64,000 nt of DNA from positions 121,009,593 through 121,073,592 of the forward strand of contig NC_090378.1 in the NCBI RefSeq assembly GCF_036365525.1, in the 5' to 3' direction. Shown here piece after piece: positions 18,070-33,990 of this stretch. The position numbers and the translations under genes are program-made. The notes under the pieces were generated by a model, which was not told the origin of the DNA, made no database searches, and saw only the letters and a list, made by a program, of their open reading frames with translations. The stretch's first letter is position 1, and each line of letters begins with the position of its first letter. Origin of the DNA: Heterodontus francisci. Its lineage: Eukaryota.

Positions 18070-20590
18070 TCCCACGTCCTGCACTGAAACATCCCACAGT
18101 TATATATAATATAGAATAATGGACACACAGTCTCACCTCCGGTACTGACACATCCCACAGTTATACATAATACTTAATAATGGACACACGGTCCCACCTC
18201 CCGCACTGACACATCCCACAGGCTTATCTAATATATAATAATGCACACACAGTCCAACCTCATGTTCTGACACATCCCGTAGTTATATATAATATATAAT
18301 AATGGACAGAGAGACCCACCTCCTGCACTGACACATCGCACAGTTATATATAATATATAATAATGGATACACAGTCCCACCTCCTGTACTGACACATCCC
18401 ACAGTTATATATAATATATAATAATGGACACACAGTCCCACCACCCGTACTGAGACATCCCACAATTATATATAATATATAATAATGCACACACAGTCCC
18501 ACCTCCTGCACTGACACATCGCACAGTTATATATAATATATAATAATGGACACACAGTCCCACCACCCGTACTGAGACATCCCTCAATTATATATAATAT
18601 ATAATAATGCACACACAGTCCCACCTCCTGCACTGACACATCCCACAGTAATATATAATATATAATAATGGACACACAGTCCCACCTCCTGTACTGACAC
18701 ATCCCACAGTTATATATAATATATAATAATGGACACACAGTCCCACCACCCGTACTGAGACATCCCACAATTATATATAATATATAATAATGCACACACA
18801 GTCCCACCTCCTGCACTGACACATCGCACAGTTATATATAATATATAATAATGGATACATAGTCCCACCTCCTGTACTGACACATCCCAGTTATATATAA
18901 TATATAATAATGGACACACGGTCCCACCTCCCGCACTGACACATCCCATAGGTTTATCTAATATATAATAATGGACACACAGTCCCACCTCATGTTCTGA
19001 CACATCCCACAGTTATATATAATATATAATAATGGACACACGGTCCCACCTCCCGCACAGACACATCCCACAGGTTTATCTAATATATAATAATGGACAC
19101 ACAGTCCCACCTCCTGTACTGACACATCCCACAGTTATATATAATATATAATAATGGACACACAGTCCCACCTCCTGAACTGACACATCCCACAGCTGTG
19201 CATAATATATAATAATGAACACACAGTCCCACCTCCCGCACTGACACATCCCATAGGTTTATCTAATATATAATAATGGACACACAGTCCCACCTCATGT
19301 TCTGACACATCCCACAGTTATATATAATATATAATAATGGACACACGGTCCCACCTCCCGCACAGACACATCCCACAGGTTTATCTAATATATAATAATG
19401 GACACACAGTCCCACCTCCTGTACTGACACATCCCACAGTTATATATAATATATAATAATGGACACACAGTCCCACCGCCTGCACTGACACATCCCACAG
19501 TTATATATAATATATAATAATGGACACACAGTCCCACCTCCCGCACTGACACATCCCACAGGTTTATCTAATATATAATAATGGACACACAGTCCCACCG
19601 CCTGCACTGACACATCCCACAGTTACATATAATGTATAATAATGGACACACAGTCCTACGTCCTGCACTGAAACATCCCACAGTTATATATAATACTTAA
19701 TAATGCAGACACAGTCCCACCTCCCGCACTGACACATCCCACAGGTTTATCTAATATATAACAATGCACATACGGTCCCACCTCATGTACTGACACATCC
19801 CACAGTTATATATAATATATAATAATGGACACACAGTCCCACCTCATGTTCTGACACATCCCACAGTTATATATAATAGATAATAATGGACACTGAGTCC
19901 CACCTCCCGCACTGACACATCCCACAGGTTTCTATAATATATAACAATTGACACACAGTCCCACCTCCTGTACTGACACATCCCACAGGTTTATCTAATA
20001 TATAACAATGCACATACGGTCCCACCTCCTGGACTGAGACATCCCACAGTTATATATAATATATAATAATGGACACACAGTCCCACCTCATGTTCTGACA
20101 CATCCCACAGTTATATATAATATATAATAATGGACACTGAGTCCCACCTCCCGCACTGACACATCCCACAGTTATATATAATATATAATAATGGACACAC
20201 AGTCCCACCTCCTGTACTGGCACATCCCACAGTTATATATAATACATAATAAAGGACACACAGTCCCACCTCCTGCACTGACACATCCCACAGTTCTATA
20301 TAAAATATAATAATGGACACACAGACTCACCTCCGGTACTGACACATCCCACAGTTATATATAATATATAATAATGGACACACAGACTCACCTCCTGTAC
20401 TGACACATCCCACAGTTATATATAATACATAATAATGTACACACGGTACCATCTCCTGCACTGACACATCCCACATTTATATATAATATATAATAATGGA
20501 CACACAGTCCCAAATCCCTCACTGACACATCCCACAGTTATATATAATAGATAATAATGGACACACAGTCCCACCTCCCGCAATGAAACA
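18070..20590. repeat. Diverged monomer block, copy 2 (of ~9105-11625)
   Basis: Same ordered variants at +8965, with compensating internal monomer gains and losses (local offset 9148). Confidence 0.9.
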
Positions 20591-23219
20591 TCCCACAGTT
20601 ATATACAATACATAATAATGGACACACGGCCCCACCCCCGCACTGACACATCCCACAGTTATATATAATATATAATAATGGACACACAGTCCCACCTCCC
20701 ACACTGACACATCCCACAGGTTTCTATAATATATAATAATTGACACACAGTCCCACCTCCTGTACTGGCACATCCCACAGTTATATATAATACATAATAA
20801 AGGACACACGGTACCACCTCCTGCACTGACACATCCCACTGTTATATATAATATATAATAATGGACACACAGTCCCACCTCATGTTCTGACACATCCCAC
20901 AGTTATATATAATATATAATACTGGACACACGGTCCCACCTCCTGCACTGACACATCCGACAGATTTCTATAATATATAATAATTGACACACAGTCCCAC
21001 CTCCTGTACTGGCACATCCCACAGTTATATACAATACATAATAATGGACACACGGCCCCACCCCCGCACTGACACATCCCACAGTTATATATAATATATA
21101 ATAATGGACACACAGTCCCACCTCCCACACTGACACATCCCACAGGTTTCTATAATATATAATAATTGACACACAGTCCCACCTCCTGCACTGGCACATC
21201 CCACAGTTATATATAATACATAATAAAGGACACACGGTACCACCTCCTGTACTGACACATCCCACTGTTATATATAATATATAATAATGGACACAGAGTC
21301 CCACCTCATGTTCTGACACATCCCACAGTTATATATAATATATAATAATGGACACACAGTCCCACCTCCCGCACTGACACATCCCACAGGTTTCTATAAT
21401 ATATAATAATGGACACACAGTCCCACCTCCTGCACTGAAACATCCCACAATTATATATAATAGATAATAATGGGCACACAGTCCACCTCCCGCACTGACA
21501 CATCCCACAGTTATATATAATATATAATAATGGACACACAGTCCCACCTCCCGCACTGACACATCCCACAGGTTTCTATAATATATAATAATGGACACAC
21601 AGTCCCACCTCCTGCACTGAAACATCCCACAATTATATATAATAGATAATAATGGGCACACAGTCCCACATCCCGCACTGACACATCCCAGAGTTATATA
21701 TAATACATAATGATGGACACAGGGTCCCACCTCCTGTACTGGCACATCCCAGAGTCATATATAATACATAATAATGGTCACAGAGTCCCACCTCCCGCAC
21801 TGACACATCCCATAGTTATATATAATATATAATAATGTACAAACAGTCACACCTCCCGCACTGACACATCCCACAGTTATATCTAATATATAATAATGGA
21901 CACACAGCCCCACCTCCTGCAATGAAACATCCCACAGTCATATATAATATATAATAATGGACACACAGTCCCAAATCCCGCACTGACACATCCCACAGTT
22001 ATATATAATATATAATAATGGACACACAGTCCCAAATCCCGCACTGAGACATCCCACAGTTATATATTAAATAAAATCATGGACACACAGACCCACCTCC
22101 CGCACTGACACATCCCACAGGCTTATCTAATATATAATAATGCACACACAGTCCCACCTCATGTTCTGACACATCCCACAATTATATATAATATATAATA
22201 ATGCACACACAGTCCCACCTCATGTTCTGACACATCCCGCAGTTATATATAATATATAATAATGGACAGAGAGACCCACCTCCTGCACTGACACATCGCA
22301 CAGTTATATATAATATATAATAATGGATACACAGTCCCACCTCCTGGACTGACACATCCCACAGTTATATATAATATATAATAATGGACACACAGTCCCA
22401 CCTCCTGTACTGACACATCCCACAGTTATATATAATATATAATAATGGACACACAGTCCCACCTCCTGTACTGACACATCCCACAGTTATATATAATATA
22501 TAATAATGGATACACAGTCCCACCTCCTGGACTGACACATCCCACAGTTATATATAATATATAATAATGGACACACAGTCCCACCTCCTGTACTGACACA
22601 TCCCACAGTTATATATAATATATAATAATGGACACACAGTCCCACCACCCGTACTGAGACATCCCACAATTATATATCATATGTAATAATGCACACACAG
22701 TCCCACCTCCTGTACTGACACATCCCGCAGTTATATATAATATATAATAATGGACAGAGAGACCCACCTCCTGCACTGACACATCGCACAGTTATATATA
22801 ATATATAATAATGGACACACAGTCCCACTGCCCGGACTGAGACATCCCACAATTATATATAATATATAATAATGGATACACATTCCCACCACCCGTACTG
22901 AGACATCCCACAATTATATATCATATGTAATAATGCACACACAGTCCCACCTCCTGTACTGACACATCCCGCAGTTATATATAATATATAATAATGGACA
23001 GAGAGACCCACCTCCTGTACTGACACATCCCACAATTATATATAATATATAATAATGGACACACAGTCCCACCTCCCGCACTGACACATCCCACAGTTTA
23101 TCTAATATATAATAATGGACACACAGTCCCACCTCCTGAACTGACACATCCCACAGTTATATATAATATATAATAATGGACACACAGTCCCACCTCCCGC
23201 ACTGACACATCCCACAGTT

Positions 23220-24360
23220 TATCTAATATATAATAATGCACACACAGTCCCACCTCATGTTCTGACACATCCCACAGTTATATATAAAATATAATAATGG
23301 ATACCCAGTCCCACCACCCGTACTGATACATCCCACAATTATATATAATATATAATAATGGACACACAGTCCCACCTCCTGTACTGATACATCCCACAAT
23401 TATATATAATATATAATAATGGACACACAGTCCCACCTCCTGTATGGATACATCCCACAATTATATATAATATACAATAATGGACACACGGTCCCCCCTC
23501 CCGCACTGACACATCCCACAGGTTTATCTAATATATAATAATGCACACACTGTCCCACCTCATGTTCTGACACATCCCACAGTTATATATAAAATATAAT
23601 AATGGATACACAGTCCCACCACCCATACTGATACATCCCACAATTATATATAATATATAATAATGGACACACAGTCCCACCTCCTGTACTGACACATCCC
23701 ACAGTTATATATAAAATATAATAATGGATACACAGTCCCACCACCCGTACTGATACATCCCACAATTATATATAATATACAATAATGGACACACGGTCCC
23801 CCCTCCCGCACTGACACATCCCACAGGTTTATCTAATATATAATAATGCACACACTGTCCCACCTCATGTTCTGACACATCCCACAGTTATATATAAAAT
23901 ATAATAATGGATACACAGTCCCACCACCCATACTGATACATCCCACAATTATATATAATATATAATAATGCACACACAGTCCCACCTCCTGTACTGATAC
24001 ATCCCACAATTATATATAATATATAATAATGGACACACAGTCCCACCTCCTGTACTGACACATCCCACAGTTATATATAAAATATAATAATGGATACACA
24101 GTCCCACCACCCGTACTGATACATCCCACAATTATATATAATATACAATAATGGACACACGGTCCCCCCTCCCGCACTGACACATCCCACAGGTTTATCT
24201 AATATATAATAATGCACACACTGTCCCACCTCATGTTCTGACACATCCCACAGTTATATATAAAATATAATAATGGATACACAGTCCCACCACCCATACT
24301 GATACATCCCACAATTATATATAATATATAATAATGCACACACAGTCCCACCTCATGTTC
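23220..24360. repeat. 5/6-monomer (305/366-bp) HOR, ~3 copies
   Basis: Variant GGTCCCCCCTCC at 23490, 23795, 24161. Confidence 0.85.
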
Positions 24361-24699
24361 TGACACATCCCACAGTTATATATAAAATATAATAATGGAT
24401 ACACAGTCCCACCTCCTGTACTGACACATCCCACAGTAATATATAATGTATCATCATGGACACACAGTCCCACCTCCTGTACTGACACATCCCACAGTAA
24501 TATATAATGTATCATCATGGACAAACAGTCCCACCTCCTGTACTGACACATCCCACATTTATATATAATATATAATAATGGACACACAGTCCCACCTCCT
24601 GTACTGACACATCCCACAGTAATATATAATGTATCATCATGGACACACAGTCCCACCTCCTGTACTGACACATCCCACAGTAATATATAATGTATCATC

Positions 24700-27600
24700 A
24701 TGGACACACAGTCCCACCTCCTGTACTGACACTACCCACAGTTATATATAATATATAATAATGGACACACAGTCCCACCTCCCGTACTGACACATCCCAC
24801 AGTGAAATATAATACTTAATAATGGACACATGGTCCCACCTCAAATACTGACGCATCCTACAGTTATATACAATACATAACCATGGACACACAGTCCCAC
24901 CTCCCGCACTGACACATCCCACAGTTATATATTAAGTATAATCATGGACAGACAGACCCACCTCCTGCACTGACACATCACACAGTTATATATAATATAT
25001 AATAAGGGACACACAGTCCCACCTCATGTTCTGACACATCCCACAGTTATATATAATATATAATAATGGACACACAGTCCCACCTCCTGTACTGGCACAT
25101 CCCACAGTTATATATAATACATAATAAAGGACACACAGTACCACTTCCTGCACTGACACATCCCACAGTTATATATAATATATAATAATGGACACACAGT
25201 CCCACCTCCTGCAGTGACACATCCCACAGTTATATATAATATATAATAATGGACACACAGTCCCACCTCCTGCACTGACACATCCCACAGTTATATATAA
25301 TATATAATAATGGACACACAGTCCCACCTCCTGCACTGCAACATCCCACAGTTATATATAATAATGTATACACAGTCCCACCTCCTGTACTGACACATCC
25401 CACAGTTATATATAATATATAATAATGGACACACAGTCCCACCTCCCGCACTGACACATACCAGAGTTATATATAATACATAATGATGGACACAGAGTCC
25501 CACCTCCCGTACTGATACATCCCACAATTATATATAATATACAATAATGGACACACAGTCCCACCTCCAGTACTGACACATTCCACAGATTTATATAATA
25601 TATAATAATGGACACACAGACCCACCTCCTGCACTGACACATCCCACAGTTATATATAATATATAATAATGGAGACACAGTCCCACCTCCTGTACTGACA
25701 CATCCCACATTTATATATAATATATAATAATGGACACACAGTCCCACCTCCTGCACTGACACATCCCACAGTAATATATAATGTATCATCATGGACACAC
25801 AGTCCCACCTCCTGTACTGACACATCCCACAGTAATATATAATGTATCATCATGGACACACAGTCCCACCTCCTGTACTGACACTACCCACAGTTATATA
25901 TAATATATAATAATGGACACACAGTCCCACCTCCTGTACTGACACTACCCACAGTTATATATAATATATAATAATGGACACACAGTCCCACCTCCCGTAC
26001 TGACACATCCCACAGTAATATATAATGTATCATCATGGACACACAGTCCCACCTCCTGTACTGACACTACCCACAGTTATATATAATATATAATAATGGA
26101 CACACAGTCCCACCTCACATACTGACGCATCCTACAGTTATATACAATACATAACCATGGACACACAGTCCCACCTCCCGCACTGACACATCCCACAGTT
26201 ATATATTAAGTATAATCATGGACAGACAGACCCACCTCCTGCACTGACACATCACACAGTTATATATAATATATAATAAGGGACACACAGTCCCACCTCA
26301 TGTTCTGACACATCCCACAGTTATATATAATATATAATAATGGACACACAGTCCCACCTCCTGTACTGGCACATCCCACAGTTATATATAATACATAATA
26401 AAGGACACACAGTACCACCTCCTGCAGTGACACATCCCACAGTTATAAATAATATATAATAATGGACACACAGTCCCACCTCCTGCACTGACACATCCCA
26501 CAGTTATATATAATATATAATAATGGACACACAGTCCCACCTCCTGCACTGCAACATCCCACAGTTATATATAATAATGTATACACAGTCCCACCTCCTG
26601 TACTGACACATCCCACAGTTATATATAATACATAATGATGGACACAGAGTCCCACCTCCCGTACTGACACATCCCACAGTTATATATAATATATAATAAT
26701 GGACATATAGTCCCACCTCATGTTTTGACACATCCCACATTTATATATAATATATAATAATGGACACACAGTCCCACCTCCCGCACTGACACATACCAGA
26801 GTTATATATAATACATAATGATGGACACAGAGTCCCACCTCCTGTACTGACACATCCCACAGTAATATATAATATATCATATTGGACACACAGTCCCACC
26901 TCCTGTACTGACACATCCCACAGTTATATATAATATATAATAATGGACACACAGTCCCACCTCCCATACTGAGACATCCCAGCTTTATATATAATATATA
27001 ATAATGGACACACAGTCCCAGGTCCTGGACTGACACATCCCACTGTTATATATAATATAGAATAATGGACACACAGTCCCACGTCCTGCACTGAAACATC
27101 CCACAGTTATATATAATACTTAATAATGCACACACGGTCCCACCTCCCAGACTGACGCATCCTACAGTTATATACAATACATAATAATGGACACACAGCC
27201 CCACCTCCTGCACTGACACATCCCACAGTTATATATAACAGATAATAATGGACACTGAGTCCCAACTCCCGCACTGACACATCCCACAGGTTTCTATAAT
27301 ATATAACAATTGACATACAGTCCCAGCTCCTGTACTGGCACATCCCACAGTTATATATAATAAATAATAATGGACACACAGTCCCACCTCCTGCACTGAC
27401 ACATCCCTCAGATCTATATAATATCTAATAATGGACACACAGACTCACCTCCGGTACTGACACATCCCACAGTTATATATAATACATAATAATGTACACA
27501 CGGTACCATCTCCTGCACTGACACATCCCACAGTTATATATAATGTATAATAATGGACACACAGTCCCACCTCCTGCACTGACACATCCCACAGTTGAAG

Positions 27601-30600
27601 ATAACATATAATAATGGACACACAGTCCCAACTCCCGCCCTGACACATCCCACAGTTATATATAATAGATAATAATGGACACACAGTCCCACTTTCTCCA
27701 CTGACACGTTCCACAGTTTTATAAAATATATAATAATGGACACACAGTCCCACCTCCCGCAATGAAACATCCCACAGTTATATACAATATATAATAATGT
27801 ACACACGGTACCATCTCCTGTACTAACACATCCCACATTTATATATAATATATAATAATGGACACACAGTCCCACCTCCTGTACTGACACATCCCACAGT
27901 AATATATAATATATCATAATGGACACACAGTCCAACCTCCTGCACTGACACATCCCTCAGTTATATATAATATATAATAATGCACACACAGTCCCACCTC
28001 ATGTTCTGACACATCCCACAGTTATATATAATATATAATAATGGACACACAGTCCCACCTCCTGTACTGACACATCCCACAGTAATATATAATATATCAT
28101 AATGGACACACAGTCCAACCTCCTGCACTGACACATCCCTCAGTTATATATAATATATAATAATGCACACACAGTCCCACCTCATGTTCTGACACGTCCC
28201 ACAGTTATATATAATATATAATAATGGACAGACAGTCCCACCTCCTGTACTGACACTACCCACAGTTATATATAATATATAATAATGGACACACAGTCCC
28301 ACCTCCTGTACTGACACATCCCACAGTAATATATAATGTATCATCATGGACACACAGTCCCACCTCCTGTACTGACACATCCCACAGTAATATATAATGT
28401 ATCATCATGGACACACAGTCCCACCTCCTGTACTGACACATCCCACAGTAATATATAATGTATCATCATGGACACACAGTCCCACCTCCTGTACTGACAC
28501 TACCCACAGTTATATATAATATATAATAATGGACACACAGTCCCACCTCCCGTACTGACACATCCCACAGTTAAATATAATACTTAATAATGGACACATG
28601 GTCCCACCTCACATACTGACGCATCCTACAGTTATATACAATACATAACCATGGACACACAGTCCCACCTCCCGCACTGACACATCCCACAGTTATATAT
28701 TAAGTATAATCATGGACAGACAGACCCACCTCCTGCACTGACACATCACACAGTTATATATAATATATAATAAGGGACACACAGTCCCACCTCATGTTCT
28801 GACACATCCCACAGTTATATATAATATATAATAATGGACACACAGTCCCACCTCCTGTACTGGCACATCCCACAGTTATATATAATACATAATAAAGGAC
28901 ACACAGTACCACTTCCTGCACTGACACATCCCACAGTTATATATAATATATAATAATGGACACACAGTCCCACCTCCTGCAGTGACACATCCCACAGTTA
29001 TATATAATATATAATAATGGACACACAGTCCCACCTCCTGCACTGACACATCCCACAGTTATATATAATATATAATAATGGACACACAGTCCCACCTCCT
29101 GCACTGCAACATCCCACAGTTATATATAATAATGTATACACAGTCCCACCTCCTGTACTGACACATCCCACAGTTATATATAATATATAATAATGGACAC
29201 ACAGTCCCACCTCCCGCACTGACACATACCAGAGTTATATATAATACATAATGATGGACACAGAGTCCCACCTCCCGTACTGATACATCCCACAATTATA
29301 TATAATATACAATAATGGACACACAGTCCCACCTCCTGTACTGACACATTCCACAGATTTATATAATATATAATAATGGACACTCAGACCCACCTCCTGC
29401 ACTGACACATCCCACAGTTATATATAATATATAATAATGGACACACAGTCCCACCTCCTGTACTGACACATCCCACAGTAATATATAATGTATCATCATG
29501 GACACACAGTCCCACCTCCTGTACTGACACTACCCACAGTTATATATAATATATAATAATGGACACACAGTCCCACCTCCCGTACTGACACATCCCACAG
29601 TTAAATATAATACTTAATAATGGACACATGGTCCCACCTCACATACTGACGCATCCTACAGTTATATACAATACATAACCATGGACACACAGTCCCACCT
29701 CCCGCACTGACACATCCCACAGTTATATATTAAGTATAATCATGGACAGACAGACCCACCTCCTGCACTGACACATCACACAGTTATATATAATATATAA
29801 TAAGGGACACACAGTCCCACCTCATGTTCTGACACATCCCACAGTTATATATAATATATAATAATGGACACACAGTCCCACCTCCTGTACTGGCACATCC
29901 CACAGTTATATATAATACATAATAAAGGACACACAGTACCACTTCCTGCACTGACACATCCCACAGTTATATATAATATATAATAATGGACACACAGTCC
30001 GACCTCCTGTACTGACACATCCCACAGTTATATATAATATATAATAATGGACACACAGTCCCACCTCCTGCAGTGACACATCCCACAGTTATATATAATA
30101 TATAATAATGGACACACAGTCCCACCTCCTGCACTGACACATCCCACAGTTATATATAATATATAATAATGGACACACAGTCCCACCTCCTGCACTGCAA
30201 CATCCCACAGTTATATATAATAATGTATACACAGTCCCACCTCCTGTACTGACACATCCCACAGTTATATATAATACATAATGATGGACACAGAGTCCCA
30301 CCTCCCGTACTGACACATCCCACAGTTATATATAATATATAATAATGGACATATAGTCCCACTTCATGTTTTGACACATCCCACATTTATATATAATATA
30401 TAATAATGGACACACAGTCCCACCTCCCGCACTGACACATACCAGAGTTATATATAATACATAATGATGGACACAGAGTCCCACCTCCTGTACTGACACA
30501 TCCCACAGTAATATATAATATATCATATTGGACACACAGTCCCACCTCCCGTACTGACACATCCCACAGTTATATATAATATATAATAATGGACACACAG

Positions 30601-31605
30601 TCCCACCTCCCATACTGAGACATCCCAGCTTTATATATAATATATATTAATGGACACACAGTCCCAGGTCCTGGACTGACACATCCCACTGTTATATATA
30701 ATATAGAATAATGGACACACAGTCCCACGTCCTGCACTGAAACATCCCACAGTTATATATAATACTTAATAATGCACACACGGTCCCACCTCCCAGACTG
30801 ACGCATCCTACAGTTATATACAATACATAATAATGGACACACAGCCCCACCTCCTGCACTGACACATCCCACAGTTATATATAACAGATAATAATGGACA
30901 CTGAGTCCCAACTCCCGCACTGACACATCCCACAGGTTTCTATAATATATAACAATTGACAAACAGTCCCAGCTCCTGTACTGGCACATCCCACAGTTAT
31001 ATATAATAAATAATAATGGACACACAGTCCCACCTCCTGCACTGACACATCCCTCAGATCTATATAATATCTAATAATGGACACACAGACTCACCTCCGG
31101 TACTGACACATCCCACAGTTATATATAATACATAATAATGTACACACGGTACCATCTCCTGCACTGACACATCCCACAGTTATATATAATGTATAATAAT
31201 GGACACACAGTCCCACCTCCTGCACTGACACATCCCACAGTTGAAGATAACATATAATAATGGACACACAGTCCCAACTCCCGCCCTGACACATCCCACA
31301 GTTATATATAATAGATAATAATGGACACACAGTCCCACTTTCTCCACTGACACGTTCCACAGTTTTATAAAATATATAATAATGGACACACAGTCCCACC
31401 TCCCGCAATGAAACATCCCACAGTTATATACAATATATAATAATGTACACACGGTACCATCTCCTGTACTAACACATCCCACATTTATATATAATATATA
31501 ATAATGGACACACAGTCCCACCTCCTGTACTGACACATCCCACAGTAATATATAATATATCATAATGGACACACAGTCCAACCTCCTGCACTGACACATC
31601 CCTCA
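24700..31605. repeat. ~3.65-3.77-kb tandem duplication, each copy containing an internal ~1.1-1.2-kb duplication
   Basis: A 54-bp monomer (7-bp deletion, CTGCAAC variant) occurs at 25351, 26564, 29119, 30210; offsets 1213, 3768, 3646 = 20x61-7, 62x61-14, 60x61-14. Confidence 0.92.
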
Positions 31606-33990
31606 GTTATATATAATATATAATAGTGGACACACAGTCCCACCTCCCGCACTGACACATCCCACTGTTATATATAATATATAATAATGGACACACAGTC
31701 CCACCTCCTGCACTGACACATCCCACTGGTTTCTATAATATATAATAATTGACACACAGTCCCACCTCCTGTACTGGCACATCCCACAGTTATATATAAT
31801 ACATAATAAAGGACACACGGTACCACCTCCTGCACTGACACATCCCACAGTTATATATAATATATAATAATGGACACACAGTCCCACCTCCTGCACTGAC
31901 ACATCCCACAGTTATATATAATATATAATAATGGACACACAGTCCCACCTCCTGCACTGAAACATCCCACAATTATATATAATATATAATAATGGACACA
32001 CAGTCCCACCTCCTGCACTGAAACATCCCACAGTTATATATAATATATAATAATGGATACACAGTCCCACCTCCTGTACTGACACATCCCACAGTTATAT
32101 ATAATATATAATAATGGACACAAAGTCCCTCCACCCGTACTGAGACATCCCACAATGATATATAATATATAATAATGGACACACAGTCCCACCTCATGTT
32201 CTGACACATCCCGCAGTTATATATAATATATAATAATGGACACACAGTCCCACCTCCTGCACTGACACATCCCACAGTTACATATAATATATAATAATGG
32301 AAAAACACAGTCCCACCTCCTGCACTGACACATCCCAGAGTTATATATAATATATAATGATGGACACAGAGTCCCACCTCCCGCACTGACACATCCCATA
32401 GTTAGATATAATATATAATAATGTACAAACAGTCCCACATCCCGCACTGACACATCCCAGAGTTATATATAATATATAATGATGGACACAGGGTCCCACC
32501 TCCTGTACTGGCACATCCCACAGTTATATATAATAAATAATAATGGACACACAGTCCCACCTCCTGCACTGACACATCCCTCAGATCTATATAATATCTA
32601 ATAATGGACACACAGACTCACCTCCGGTACTGACACATCCCACAGTTATATATAATACATAATAATGTACACACGGTACCATCTCCTGCACTGACACATC
32701 CCACAGTTATATATAATGTATAATAATGGACACACAGTCCCACCTCCTGCACTGACACATCCCACAGTTGAAGATAACATATAATAATGGACACACAGTC
32801 CCAACTCCCGCCCTGACACATCCCACAGTTATATATAATAGATAATAATGGACACACAGTCCCACTTTCTCCACTGACACGTTCCACAGTTTTATAAAAT
32901 ATATAATAATGGACACACAGTCCCACCTCCCGCAATGAAACATCCCACAGTTATATACAATATATAATAATGTACACACGGTACCATCTCCTGTACTAAC
33001 ACATCCCACATTTATATATAATATATAATAATGGACACACAGTCCCACCTTCTGTACTGACACATCCCACAGTAATATATAATATATCATAATGGACACA
33101 CAGTCCAACCTCCTGCACTGACACATCCCTCAGTTATATATAATATATAATAGTGGACACACAGTCCCACCTCCCGCACTGACACATCCCACAGTTATAT
33201 ATAATATATAATAATGGACACACAGTCCCACCTCCTGCACTGACACATCCCACTGGTTTCTATAATATATAATAATTGACACACAGTCCCACCTCCTGTA
33301 CTGGCACATCCCACAGTTATATATAATACATAATAAAGGACACACGGTACCACCTCCTGCACTGACACATCCCACAGTTATATATAATATATAATAATGG
33401 ACACACAGTCCCACCTCCTGCACTGACACATCCCACAGTTATATATAATATATAATAATGGACACACAGTCCCACCTCCTGCACTGAAACATCCCACAAT
33501 TATATATAATATATAATAATGGACACACAGTCCCACCTCCTGCACTGAAACATCCCACAGTTATATATAATATATAATAATGGATACACAGTCCCACCTC
33601 CTGTACTGACACATCCCACAGTTATATATAATATATAATAATGGACACACGGTCCCTCCACCCGTACTGAGACATCCCACAATGATATATAATATATAAT
33701 AATGGACACACAGTCCCACCTCATGTTCTGACACATCCCGCAGTTATATATAATATATAATAATGGACACACAGTCCCACCTCCTGCACTGACACATCCC
33801 ACAGTTACATATAATATATAATAATGGAAAAACACAGTCCCACCTCCTGCACTGACACATCCCAGAGTTATATATAATATATAATGATGGACACAGAGTC
33901 CCACCTCCCGCACTGACACATCCCATAGTTAGATATAATATATAATAATGTACAAACAGTCCCACCTCCCGCACTGACACATCCCATAGT
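30985..33990. repeat. 1527-bp (25-monomer + 2 bp) tandem duplication
   Basis: CAGATCTAT, GTTGAAGATAAC and GGAAAAACAC variants recur at +1527; ORF-track pairs 31180/32707 and 31973/33500. Confidence 0.92.
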
